Source: Escherichia phage sortregn
DNA length: 38,200 bases
Direction: 5' to 3' (one strand)
Sequence record: MN850588.1
Part shown: piece after piece, positions 1-7,796 of the stretch
Layout of the letters: every line of letters begins with the position of its first letter
Position numbering within the stretch: position 1 is the stretch's first letter
Program-made: the position numbers and the translations under genes
The notes under the pieces: model-generated
The model's database searches: none
Told to the model about the DNA's origin: nothing
The model's input: only the letters and a program-made list of their open reading frames with translations

Positions 1-1029
1 AAAATATTCTTTGTAACGTTGTTGTAAGTAGGTCGGAGTAGTCAGCGCGATCTCCTCCTGACCGTTTGCGTAGGCGGGCCACACGTCCGAGTCGCGGCAG
101 TGTTTGAACACCTGGAGCGCGGTCTTGTACTGCAAGCGCCCGATCATGATTTGCTCCGGCGTTAATCGGTTCATGAGCGCCAGCCACGGCTCGTCTTTTT
201 CCTGAACGAGGAGTTTAGTCCCCGCCGGATCCTGGTTATAGGCCAGCTTGAAACAGTCATGTTGTAAAGCCATCTTGCACCAGTAGCCCAGATCGTGAGC
301 CAGACGACCGAAGCGCTCCGGCTCCGCGCTTTGCGTGGTCTTGTAGTCGATGATCTCGCCGATGTCCGTCACGCGGTCCAGGCGGACCTTAACCGGGACG
401 CCATCGATCACGCAGAACAGCGACAACTCCGGGACGCCCGTCTCAATGATCCGGCGGTAGTTATGATTGACCAGCAACACGTCGCGCATTGAGTGAACGC
501 GGTCCCAGTCCTTCGCCGGGACGATCTCGCGACCGTTCGCCTCTTTGACGGCTTGCGCCTCGATCTCGTGCCAGATATTAAGCGTCTCGCCCGGCATTTG
601 TACGGCGCGACACATAGCGATCAATTCTTCGGCGGTTTTGTTGGAGTAGCCCTTCTGACCGCGTTCCTTTAGCCAGCTTTGCATCTTCGCTACTGACGTG
701 ATCAACTCCGGGAAGTCCTCCGGGTTAGGCAGACGGAAAAACTCGCGCTCGAAGCGTTCCGGCTCAAGTAACATCGTGTGGGAAGTGGTCCCGAATGTGA
801 GCGGCTTCTGGGCGGAGTTTAGTTTTTTGTTGGCGGCTTCCTGTGCTTTCTGGAAACGCCAGGCGGCGGGGCATTTGCTGTAAATGGTCCAGAGGCTCGA
901 CCCGGTAATGTAGATCTCGTCCTCGTGGTATTGCTCGTTTGTAAGCTGGTCGGCGCTCCGGGCGTCGATAAACATCGAAGCCGCGACGTCGTAGGACGGG
1001 AGCGCCGGGATCAATCCGTTCGTTTGCAT
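1..1029 (-). CDS. PD-(D/E)XK exonuclease (RecE/Cas4-like), C-terminus beyond window edge
   Basis: Absent from ORF track (no in-window stop). Hand translation from ATG 1029-1027 (GAGAGG RBS 8 nt upstream) stays open for 343 codons to nt 1: MQTNGLIPALPSYD...VKVRLDRVTDIGEIIDYKTTQSAEPERF... with a D..D/E-x-K nuclease core. Adjacent to VRR-NUC and helicase genes. Confidence 0.75.
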   Translation of the reverse strand, partial: MQTNGLIPALPSYDVAASMFIDARSADQLTNEQYHEDEIYITGSSLWTIYSKCPAAWRFQKAQEAANKKLNSAQKPLTFGTTSHTMLLEPERFEREFFRLPNPEDFPELITSVAKMQSWLKERGQKGYSNKTAEELIAMCRAVQMPGETLNIWHEIEAQAVKEANGREIVPAKDWDRVHSMRDVLLVNHNYRRIIETGVPELSLFCVIDGVPVKVRLDRVTDIGEIIDYKTTQSAEPERFGRLAHDLGYWCKMALQHDCFKLAYNQDPAGTKLLVQEKDEPWLALMNRLTPEQIMIGRLQYKTALQVFKHCRDSDVWPAYANGQEEIALTTPTYLQQRYKEYF

Positions 1030-1068
1030 TGTTGGGACCTCTCACTGGTGAATGTGAGAGGCATTAAA

Positions 1069-1536
1069 TCATTCTTTCGTGATGTTTGCAACTGGTAAAT
1101 TGAGATAATACTCCAGCGCCGCCAGGCCAGCCTCCGCACCCCATGCGACAGCAGTCCAGCCACCACGCGCCCGCGCTCGTTCGAGGACGGTCTTTTGTTC
1201 CGGCTTTAACCGGGACTTTCCGCGATTGTTCCGCTTCAACTCGATCAGCGCGAAGCCATAGCCGCCGCGAGGCTCCAGGAAAACCCAGTCAGAGATCCCG
1301 GCGAGGCGTCCGAGCGCGTTTAACTTCGCCCCGTACCGGGGATCGCTGGAGCCGCCGCTCTCGTTTACTGGGTGGAACGCCAGAAGCGCGTCGGGATCAG
1401 TGTGGGGATCGCCGTAAATCTCCCGGATGTTACTCGCCATGTTTTGCTGTTCGACGTCCTCGTGTGGCGAGTAGGTCGGAATGTGGTCCAGGTAGAACTC
1501 GCGCCAGAACTCAGTCTTTTTGTTTAATACAGGCAT
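1069..1536 (-). CDS. VRR-NUC domain nuclease
   Basis: ORF 1069-1551. Preferred start ATG 1536 (GAGGG 9 nt upstream, 1 nt after helicase stop). GFALIELKRNNRGKSRLKPEQKTVLERARARGGW fits the VRR-NUC E-x-K ... x-x-Q pattern. Confidence 0.8.
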   Translation of the reverse strand: MPVLNKKTEFWREFYLDHIPTYSPHEDVEQQNMASNIREIYGDPHTDPDALLAFHPVNESGGSSDPRYGAKLNALGRLAGISDWVFLEPRGGYGFALIELKRNNRGKSRLKPEQKTVLERARARGGWTAVAWGAEAGLAALEYYLNLPVANITKE

Positions 1537-1537
1537 G

Positions 1538-3580
1538 TTAAAAACCCTCATTCATGAATACTTTGTTAGTGATAACGTCTTTACCCTTGCCGATCTTCCG
1601 GTGGGTAACTTTCAGTGGGGCCATGAAGTACGGCGCGAAGGCGAGGACCTCCTGGGGCGTCCGTAGCTTCTTGATGTCGGCCCGTTTCTTTCCGTCCAGT
1701 ACGTGCTTAAGGATCCCATTGTGGAGCCATTCCTTTTTCGCCTGTGGGCTATCGCTACCGGGCCAGAATACTTGCCACGCCACGAACTGATCGCCGTCCT
1801 TCTCCAACTCGTACCGGAAGGCGATCCCCCCAGTCCCTCGCGCCAATTCCAGACGGAAGCCCCTCACGTTGTAGTAGTCGTCCCTGCTGTACGTGGTCCG
1901 GCTTAAGTTCTTGTTCGGATCTACGAGCGAGTTCCCGCAGCAGCGGCAGATCCTGGCTACGATGTCGTTTTGTGCGCCGCATCCCTTCTGTACCACCTTC
2001 CGCCCGCTGGAGTCCTTCCAGTCGTCGCAGGTGATGAACTGGAAAAAGTGTTCGCAGCGTTCGCCAGTGTCGGGATCGACGTAGCGGCAGCGTCGGGCGT
2101 GTTTGCCGTTTAGCGTCGGGTGGCCCGCCTTGCGACACTTCGGACAGTCTAACTCTAATTCTCCTTTGCTCTCGTCTGCGCTGTGCTGGTATGCCTCCAG
2201 CAGCGGGGAGAAATACAGGGATCCGAGTTCGTCAAGCGTCCCGGCATAGTCGAGGACCAGGTGATCCTCCTTCGTCACCCCGGCGGCGATGTGGAACGGC
2301 TTAAGGATGCGCATACCACGGCCTAAAAGCTGGGTTAGGAGCGTGAGGGATCCGATCTTCCGCAGTATCACGGACGTGTCCCAGAACGGGACGTTAACGC
2401 CAGTCGTTAGGGCGTTAACCTGGAATATAAATTTGATCTCCCCGGTATTGGCGCGGCGCAAAATGTCCATGCGCTTCTTGCCCGTCGTGTCGTCCGTGAT
2501 GATGGCGTAAGGCGTACCAGGGGGAAGGGCCTCCGCCGCCTGTTTGCAGTGTCTCACGCCCGCACACGTCACTAACACGCCGTTCCTGTGCTGGGCGATG
2601 GCGTATACCTCCGCCATGATCTCATGCGTGAGCTTTTTGTCCTTAAGGATCGCCTTTTGCATGGCGTCCATTTCGGCGTCCGTGAACTCCTTAATGCCAT
2701 CCTCGCCGGACGATCGCCACTGGTCGAGGTTGTAGTGGAGATTGGAGATCCCGAAGTGAGTCGGAACAACCGCGCCGACGCTTACCAGGTATTCCGTCGA
2801 GATCTCGCATACCTTCTTACGCCAAAATCCGGGCTGTTCGAGGTCTGGCTGGATGATGGACTCCACGCCACGGTATGGCGTCCCGGTGTAGCCAATAATG
2901 CGGAGTTCCTTCCCGTAGACCTCGCGGGCGCGTTGCTGGAATGTGCGGATAATGATCGTATAGCTGGAGCGACCCGCCTCGATCATCTCCTCGTAAGTCT
3001 CGCCCTTGTGCTCGCCGATAATGGTCGGCTCGTCGAAGCCGTCCAGGATGATCTCCCCGGTTTTCTCGTCCCGCAGGTACTCCGGGACCACGCGCTCCTG
3101 TGAGCGGATCAGGTCCTCAATGTTGACGTGATGGCATTCATCGATCAGCAGGAACAGCGGCGCGTAATGGGCGAGTGCCTGACCTGGGCGGAGTCCTCCG
3201 ATCACTGTACCCTCGGAGCCGACCACGATCGGGAAGTGTGCAGACTTGCGGCCCAGGCTGGCGCAGTAGATCGAGGAGTTCACGCCGAAGTTTTTCAACT
3301 CCTCGAAGTCCTGATCGATGATCTCCCCCTGGCGGGACAGGATCATGGCAGGGAAACCCATATCCCTGATCCGGCGGGCCAGCATGGAGATCATGATGGT
3401 TTTACCCGCACTCACGGCGGCGTCCACAATGACCGGGCCAGGATAGCGACGGATGGCCTCCGCGCAAGCCTCATACGCGACGAACTGGTGATCGTATGGT
3501 GTAACGGGCATATCTCCCAGGGCGCGGAGAATCGCGTCCCGGTCGAGCGCTTCGATCTGTTTCTCCAATGTCATTAACAT
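1538..3580 (-). CDS. SF2 (DEAD/DEAH-type) DNA helicase with C-terminal Zn-ribbon region
   Basis: 680 aa. Walker A VSAGKT, DECHH box, helicase C-terminal half, Cys-rich segment CPKCRK...CRYVD...CRCCGN. AAGGGA RBS. Confidence 0.9.
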   Translation of the reverse strand: MLMTLEKQIEALDRDAILRALGDMPVTPYDHQFVAYEACAEAIRRYPGPVIVDAAVSAGKTIMISMLARRIRDMGFPAMILSRQGEIIDQDFEELKNFGVNSSIYCASLGRKSAHFPIVVGSEGTVIGGLRPGQALAHYAPLFLLIDECHHVNIEDLIRSQERVVPEYLRDEKTGEIILDGFDEPTIIGEHKGETYEEMIEAGRSSYTIIIRTFQQRAREVYGKELRIIGYTGTPYRGVESIIQPDLEQPGFWRKKVCEISTEYLVSVGAVVPTHFGISNLHYNLDQWRSSGEDGIKEFTDAEMDAMQKAILKDKKLTHEIMAEVYAIAQHRNGVLVTCAGVRHCKQAAEALPPGTPYAIITDDTTGKKRMDILRRANTGEIKFIFQVNALTTGVNVPFWDTSVILRKIGSLTLLTQLLGRGMRILKPFHIAAGVTKEDHLVLDYAGTLDELGSLYFSPLLEAYQHSADESKGELELDCPKCRKAGHPTLNGKHARRCRYVDPDTGERCEHFFQFITCDDWKDSSGRKVVQKGCGAQNDIVARICRCCGNSLVDPNKNLSRTTYSRDDYYNVRGFRLELARGTGGIAFRYELEKDGDQFVAWQVFWPGSDSPQAKKEWLHNGILKHVLDGKKRADIKKLRTPQEVLAFAPYFMAPLKVTHRKIGKGKDVITNKVFMNEGF

Positions 3581-3590
3581 TGTTTATCCC

Positions 3591-3620
3591 TTGTAATATC
3601 ACTAAAGCATGATTTATAGT
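3591..3620 (+). promoter_or_regulatory. sigma70-like promoter candidate for the rightward early operon
   Basis: TTGTAA (3591-3596), 18-nt spacer, TATAGT (3615-3620), in the 65-nt divergent gap between the helicase and primase genes. Confidence 0.4.
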
Positions 3621-3645
3621 AACCGGGAAATAACCGGAGGGCAAT

Positions 3646-4464
3646 ATGGCGATCTACAAAAAAGAGGACGTTCTCGCGGCGATGCCCGGCAAATGGGAAC
3701 AGGCGCTCCTCGATCTTTGTGGCTGGGACCGCAAGGCGTTTAACGGCAATCATCAACCTTGCCCGATCTGTGGCGGGACGGACCGCTTTCGCTGGGGCCA
3801 TAAGCAACAGACGAAGAAGGCGGAGGGCTTCGGCTACTGTTCCGGCTCCTGTGGCGGCGCTCGTGATGGCATGTTTTGGTTCATGACCAGCCGATCGCAG
3901 CCGTTCAACGAGGCGATCAACGACCTGGGCGACTGGATAGGCGGACTCACCCCGGAGAAGCGGGAAACCATCGTCAAGGAGGCGCGGAAGTATGCCCGCC
4001 AGCAGGATAAGCCCGCGCAGGACTGGGAACTCACCCCGGAGGACGTGGACAAGATCATGAGCAAAGGCACGATGCGCGACGGATTCCTGTATGTTCCATG
4101 CGCTCGTCCACTGGGGGGATCCCTGGGGCCGTGGTGCAACGTGGCGAAGATCGGCTCCGACAGGTCCGTGGTGTTTGCCGCTGGTGGCCCGACGTGGGGC
4201 GCGGTAGGTCTGATCCACCCAGTGCCAGACGCTCCGGTGTATCTGGTGGCGGATCCGGTCCATGCGGTGAACGTGGCGGCGCGAGGGGAGGCGGAGGTCT
4301 GGCTTACGTTCCGGCCTATGAACGCGGTCCAGGCGTCGGCGATATATGACGGCGATCGGGAGATCCGGTTCGTCTACACTGACCCGGACGAGGTTTTCCT
4401 GTACGGCTACGAGAGGACGGGGAGGCCATGCGTCGGCGGGCATCTTGCCGGGGCGTTCGGGTAA
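3646..4464 (+). CDS. DNA primase-like protein (Zn-ribbon + Toprim-like)
   Basis: 272 aa. HQPCPICGGTDRFRW matches the primase-helicase zinc-binding motif (P4 alpha type). C-terminal VYLVADPVHAVNVAARGE is Toprim-like. GGAGGG RBS. Confidence 0.7.
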   Translation: MAIYKKEDVLAAMPGKWEQALLDLCGWDRKAFNGNHQPCPICGGTDRFRWGHKQQTKKAEGFGYCSGSCGGARDGMFWFMTSRSQPFNEAINDLGDWIGGLTPEKRETIVKEARKYARQQDKPAQDWELTPEDVDKIMSKGTMRDGFLYVPCARPLGGSLGPWCNVAKIGSDRSVVFAAGGPTWGAVGLIHPVPDAPVYLVADPVHAVNVAARGEAEVWLTFRPMNAVQASAIYDGDREIRFVYTDPDEVFLYGYERTGRPCVGGHLAGAFG

Positions 4465-4489
4465 AAAAAAAGGCCCCGCACGAGGGGCC
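4463..4489 (-). terminator. intrinsic-terminator-like hairpin oriented for leftward transcription
   Basis: A9 run (4463-4471), then GGCCCC-GCACGA-GGGGCC (4472-4489). On the minus strand this reads as a hairpin followed by a U9 run. There is no T-run on the plus side. Confidence 0.5.
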
Positions 4490-4542
4490 AGTGGGCGCGA
4501 CCGATACCAGCGGGCGCTAAAGCAATGGTGAACAGTCAACAA

Positions 4543-4560
4543 ATAGCACTTTTTGTTAAA
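4543..4560 (+). repeat. conserved element ATAGCACTTTTTGTTAAA (copy 1)
   Basis: 17/18 identical to 6855-6872. Both copies follow a terminator hairpin and precede CAATTATC (4577-4584) and the next gene. Confidence 0.6.
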
Positions 4561-4616
4561 ACACAAAACAGTTAATCAATTATCGTTAGTCACCACCAAC
4601 CAAAGAAGGGCAGCAG

Positions 4617-5258
4617 ATGAAAGACGAGAAAGACACCACCACGATCGATCATGTGGACGGCATGACCGAGGCGGAACGCGCAGCGGCAGACGTGACCACT
4701 GTTAGCGGTCGCCGCTTCAACAAATCCAAGACGCCGGACGCTATCCGCCAGAAGTGGCAGACCCCGCGCTGGCTGTTCGACTGGGCCGTGAAGCGCTTCG
4801 GGCAATTCGGGATCGATGTGGCAGCAGAAAAGGCTAACGCCCTTTGTGATGTCTACCTGGACGAGAAAACGGACGCCCTCAAGGATGGCGTGGAGTGGGG
4901 AGCCGAGGGCGGGCTGGCGTGGTGTAACCCGCCATACGCGGAGCCGCTTCCGTGGATCGTGAAGGCCATCCAGCAAGCGAAGGATCGCGACGTTACGACC
5001 GTGTTTCTCCTGAACTCCGACGCGTCTACGGCGTGGTTTAAGAAGGCGCTGGACGCCGGGAGCCTGGTTATCCATATCACCAGCGACGGCGAGAACTCCG
5101 GGCGCGTGGCGTTCGTGAAGGCCGGGACCGAAGTCGCGGGCAAGAAGAACAGCAAGCCGTCCGTAATGTTCGTTATCAAGCCGAAGAAGCGCGGACCGAT
5201 CAAGACTGAATATCTGACCCAGGCGGAGATGATGTTCGAAGGCAAAACGATGATTTAA
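4617..5258 (+). CDS. dam: DNA N6-adenine methyltransferase, small phage Dam family
   Basis: 213 aa. LAWCNPPY catalytic (D/N)PPY motif; size and layout of phage Dam enzymes (T1 / Stx-phage type). AAGAAGGG RBS. Confidence 0.85.
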   Translation: MKDEKDTTTIDHVDGMTEAERAAADVTTVSGRRFNKSKTPDAIRQKWQTPRWLFDWAVKRFGQFGIDVAAEKANALCDVYLDEKTDALKDGVEWGAEGGLAWCNPPYAEPLPWIVKAIQQAKDRDVTTVFLLNSDASTAWFKKALDAGSLVIHITSDGENSGRVAFVKAGTEVAGKKNSKPSVMFVIKPKKRGPIKTEYLTQAEMMFEGKTMI

Positions 5259-5274
5259 CCGAGAGGACCCAGAG

Positions 5275-5856
5275 ATGATTATTTATGCACCAGTAAGCGC
5301 CTTACGCGCTCACCAACTGACCAAAGGCCAGCAGGACGTCCGCTATTACCTGAACGCGATCCACTTCATCGGCAACCGGATCCGCACGTCTAACGGTCAT
5401 GTTTGCATGGAAAGCACCCATAAGCTCGTCAACGCGCCGGAGGAGGGGATCATCCTCTCAATCTCCACGCCACCGACTGGGCGGATCTTCTCCGCCGTGA
5501 TCGACACGGACGCCGGGATCGTGTACTGGCTGGACATTCCGGCAGATAAGCCGAAGGACCTCGAAGAAGTGGACCACAAAAAGGCCCGCGTCGCTGTGGG
5601 GACCGTGGACATTGTGGAGGCCAATTATCCGAACGTGGACGCACTCCTGAACAAGGCCCGCGAGAACTCGAAGGCCGTCCACGAGATCGGCGTGGCGACG
5701 CCTTACCTCGGAATGATCGAGAAGCTGGCGAAGAAGTTCGGGATCAAGATGCCTTTTGCGAAACTGAACTTTAACGGCGCAGCGGAGCCGATCCGCGTGA
5801 ACCTGACCACGCCGGACGGCGAGGCCACCCTGATCATTATGCCCGCGAGAGTGTAA
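5275..5856 (+). CDS. truncated DnaN (beta sliding clamp) homologue
   Basis: 193 aa. GQQDVRYYLNAIHF..RTSNGHVCM resembles the E. coli DnaN domain II start (..HQDVRYYLNGMLF..ATDGHRLAV..). ANYPNVDALL resembles GRFPDYRRVLP, and C-terminal ATLIIMPARV resembles AAYVVMPMRL. No domain I equivalent. GAGAGGA RBS. Confidence 0.6.
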   Translation: MIIYAPVSALRAHQLTKGQQDVRYYLNAIHFIGNRIRTSNGHVCMESTHKLVNAPEEGIILSISTPPTGRIFSAVIDTDAGIVYWLDIPADKPKDLEEVDHKKARVAVGTVDIVEANYPNVDALLNKARENSKAVHEIGVATPYLGMIEKLAKKFGIKMPFAKLNFNGAAEPIRVNLTTPDGEATLIIMPARV

Positions 5857-5858
5857 GC

Positions 5859-6083
5859 ATGGGACCTTATCAGACCTACCGCTGGAAATATTTCGTCCGT
5901 TGCGTGGCGGACGAACTCATGGATCGTAAACTGGTGGCCTCCCGCGAGGAGGCCGAGCACTTCGCCGAAGATCTGGAGGATTCGTTCGCGGAGGACTACG
6001 ACCCGCGTCCGATCTCAGAATGGCGAGCTATCGCGAAGAAAGACGCAGACGACTACGAGAAGGATCTGAAACGTGAAGCATAA
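5859..6083 (+). CDS. hypothetical acidic protein
   Basis: 74 aa ORF starting 3 nt after the upstream stop. Acidic (EDLEDSFAEDYD), no recognisable motif. Confidence 0.6.
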   Translation: MGPYQTYRWKYFVRCVADELMDRKLVASREEAEHFAEDLEDSFAEDYDPRPISEWRAIAKKDADDYEKDLKREA

Positions 6084-6825
6084 GGCGATCTTTTTATTCA
6101 ACCTGACCCGGATCATGGTGGACAAGTGGCTGGACGCTGGCGTGGAATGCTGGATGTATGACGGGCAGCACGAGCCAGGGATCCACCCAGACGCCGACGA
6201 GCCGAACCTGATCCGAGTGGGCCGGATGTTCGACGCGGACAACTCAATCAGGGAAGCGGCTCGCATCGCCGAGGAAGTCGGCCCCGGCGTGATCTTCGTG
6301 GCGTCCTTCGCTGAATGCACCGATCTAACCTGTACCGGGGCGCGATGGTGGGAAGCGAAGCGCAAGAAGGATCCGCGCTTCCAGGAGAAGGCCGTGGCGC
6401 TGGCTAAGATGGTGAAGCACGTCGCGGAATTTTGCAGCGTGGAGAACGGCAGCTTTGAACCCGCTTCGACGGTCCCCTGGATGCTGGAGAATCCGAAGAT
6501 CTCCCGACTCTCCACGATGTGGCGACCTTGCGATCACTGGTTCCACCCCTACAACTTCGGCGGCTACTTGCCGGAGGATCACCAGCATAGCCTCTACCCG
6601 GAGATCTACCCGGCGCGGGACGCGTACCCGAAGCAGACGGGGATCTGGTGCGGTGGCGGCTTCAAGATGCCGGAACACAAGAACGTCCCGGCGGTTAAGG
6701 ATAATCCCGGATGGTCGAAGCTGGGCGGATCTTCGACCCGAACGAAGAACATCCGCAGCGCCACCCCCGAAGGCTTCGCCGTCGCCGTGTTTATCTACAA
6801 CGCCACCCCGATCGCTCCATTCTGA
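6073..6825 (+). CDS. C5-cytosine-methyltransferase-like protein (divergent)
   Basis: 250 aa; GTG start overlaps the upstream stop (GAAGGA RBS). SFAECTDLTCTGARWW (cf. PPCT.L..SG.RW), WMLENP (ENV-like motif) and C-terminal RSATPEGFAVAV. This is the pattern of a phage family usually annotated DNA cytosine methylase. No canonical FxGxG. Confidence 0.5.
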   Translation: MKHKAIFLFNLTRIMVDKWLDAGVECWMYDGQHEPGIHPDADEPNLIRVGRMFDADNSIREAARIAEEVGPGVIFVASFAECTDLTCTGARWWEAKRKKDPRFQEKAVALAKMVKHVAEFCSVENGSFEPASTVPWMLENPKISRLSTMWRPCDHWFHPYNFGGYLPEDHQHSLYPEIYPARDAYPKQTGIWCGGGFKMPEHKNVPAVKDNPGWSKLGGSSTRTKNIRSATPEGFAVAVFIYNATPIAPF

Positions 6826-6828
6826 CAC

Positions 6829-6850
6829 AAGGCCCTCCGGGGCCTTTTTT
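6829..6850 (+). terminator. rho-independent terminator
   Basis: AAGGCCC-TCCG-GGGCCTT stem-loop followed by a T6 run, 4 nt after the stop of the methylase-like gene. Confidence 0.75.
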
Positions 6851-6854
6851 GCGT

Positions 6855-6872
6855 ATAGCACTTTTTGCTAAA
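6855..6872 (+). repeat. conserved element ATAGCACTTTTTGCTAAA (copy 2)
   Basis: 17/18 identical to 4543-4560. AGCACTTT recurs at 6872-6879 and CAATTATC at 6880-6887. Confidence 0.6.
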
Positions 6873-6927
6873 GCACTTTCAATTATCCTTTGTTATTATT
6901 CTTTCACACCAACACGAGGACGACGAA

Positions 6928-7152
6928 ATGAAACAGACTTTACTCCCGACCAAAACAAACAAGGCTCAACTGGTTAACCCGCTGTTACTGAAACAGGCGC
7001 ACATCCTGATCGAGGTGGCGATGATTCTCCGTAATCGCCTGAAAATGTACGCCGCCGGGCCAGCAGCTACAGCAGCTTTAAAGCGCGAGGCTCGCCAGGC
7101 AGAGGACGACGCTCGCGAACTGATCCGAGGCGCTTATGGTTATCGCCCGTAA
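6928..7152 (+). CDS. hypothetical protein
   Basis: ORF 6865-7152. ATG 6928 preferred (GAGGA RBS); the upstream part overlaps the conserved non-coding element. Confidence 0.6.
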   Translation: MKQTLLPTKTNKAQLVNPLLLKQAHILIEVAMILRNRLKMYAAGPAATAALKREARQAEDDARELIRGAYGYRP

Positions 7153-7411
7153 GACTTCGCGCCGGGAGTTATGGGAGGCGGCGCAAGCCGCCGAACTGGA
7201 CGGCATGATCAGCGCAGTCTCCCGCGTGTTCGGCAAGGAGGCGATCGCCGACATATCGATCGAGACGCCGGACGGCGAGATGTACCTGAACAACCCGGAC
7301 CCGCACCACTGGCGCGTCGTGCCTGGGACTAAAGGCGGAAAGAACGCTCTCAAAGACGCGATCGCCGACACCAAAAACCGGAAGCACCTCAAAGGGGGAT
7401 CTCGTGGGTAA
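7136..7411 (+). CDS. hypothetical protein
   Basis: 91 aa; GAGG 5 nt upstream of ATG; 17-nt overlap with the upstream gene. Confidence 0.6.
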   Translation: MVIARKTSRRELWEAAQAAELDGMISAVSRVFGKEAIADISIETPDGEMYLNNPDPHHWRVVPGTKGGKNALKDAIADTKNRKHLKGGSRG

Positions 7412-7796
7412 AGTAACAGCGAAGATTATCGGATGGACTGACGAGCAGGACGCGGAACTGGTTCGCCTGGCTGGAACCATGCCAGCGCCGGACCTGGCGA
7501 AGAAGATAAAACGCAACTTCCGCCAGATGCAGGTCCAGGCGTCGAAGCTGGGGATCTCCCTGGCGTACCGCAGGACGTACACGCAATGGACAGCGGAGGA
7601 GGACCGGAAGCTGGTCCGCTTCTGGGAGGATAAACTGACCCCGGAGGACGTGGTGGAGATCGCAGAGACTACGGGGATCTATGAAGTGACCCGCGACGAA
7701 CTGACACACGAGCACGTCGCGACCTGGCTCGACAAATCGCGCCCGGCAGTACGCGGACGCCTGGCAAAATTCAAGAAAGAGGGGAAAATAGCATGA
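7404..7796 (+). CDS. tandem Myb/SANT- or GcrA-like HTH DNA-binding protein
   Basis: 130 aa; GTG start with AAGGGGG RBS. Two repeats: WTDEQDAELVRLAG..LAKKIKRNFRQMQVQASKLGISL and WTAEEDRKLVRFWE..SRPAVRGRLAKF. The first resembles the GcrA N-terminus (WTDERV..L..LW..GLSASQIA..LGGVTRNAVIGKVHRLGLS) as recalled. Confidence 0.6.
   Translation: MGKVTAKIIGWTDEQDAELVRLAGTMPAPDLAKKIKRNFRQMQVQASKLGISLAYRRTYTQWTAEEDRKLVRFWEDKLTPEDVVEIAETTGIYEVTRDELTHEHVATWLDKSRPAVRGRLAKFKKEGKIA

Noticed and set aside
3574-4566. 330-aa minus-strand ORF opposite the primase gene
   Set aside because: Antisense shadow ORF. It spans the divergent promoter gap and a terminator hairpin, and the plus frame has the primase zinc-ribbon motif.
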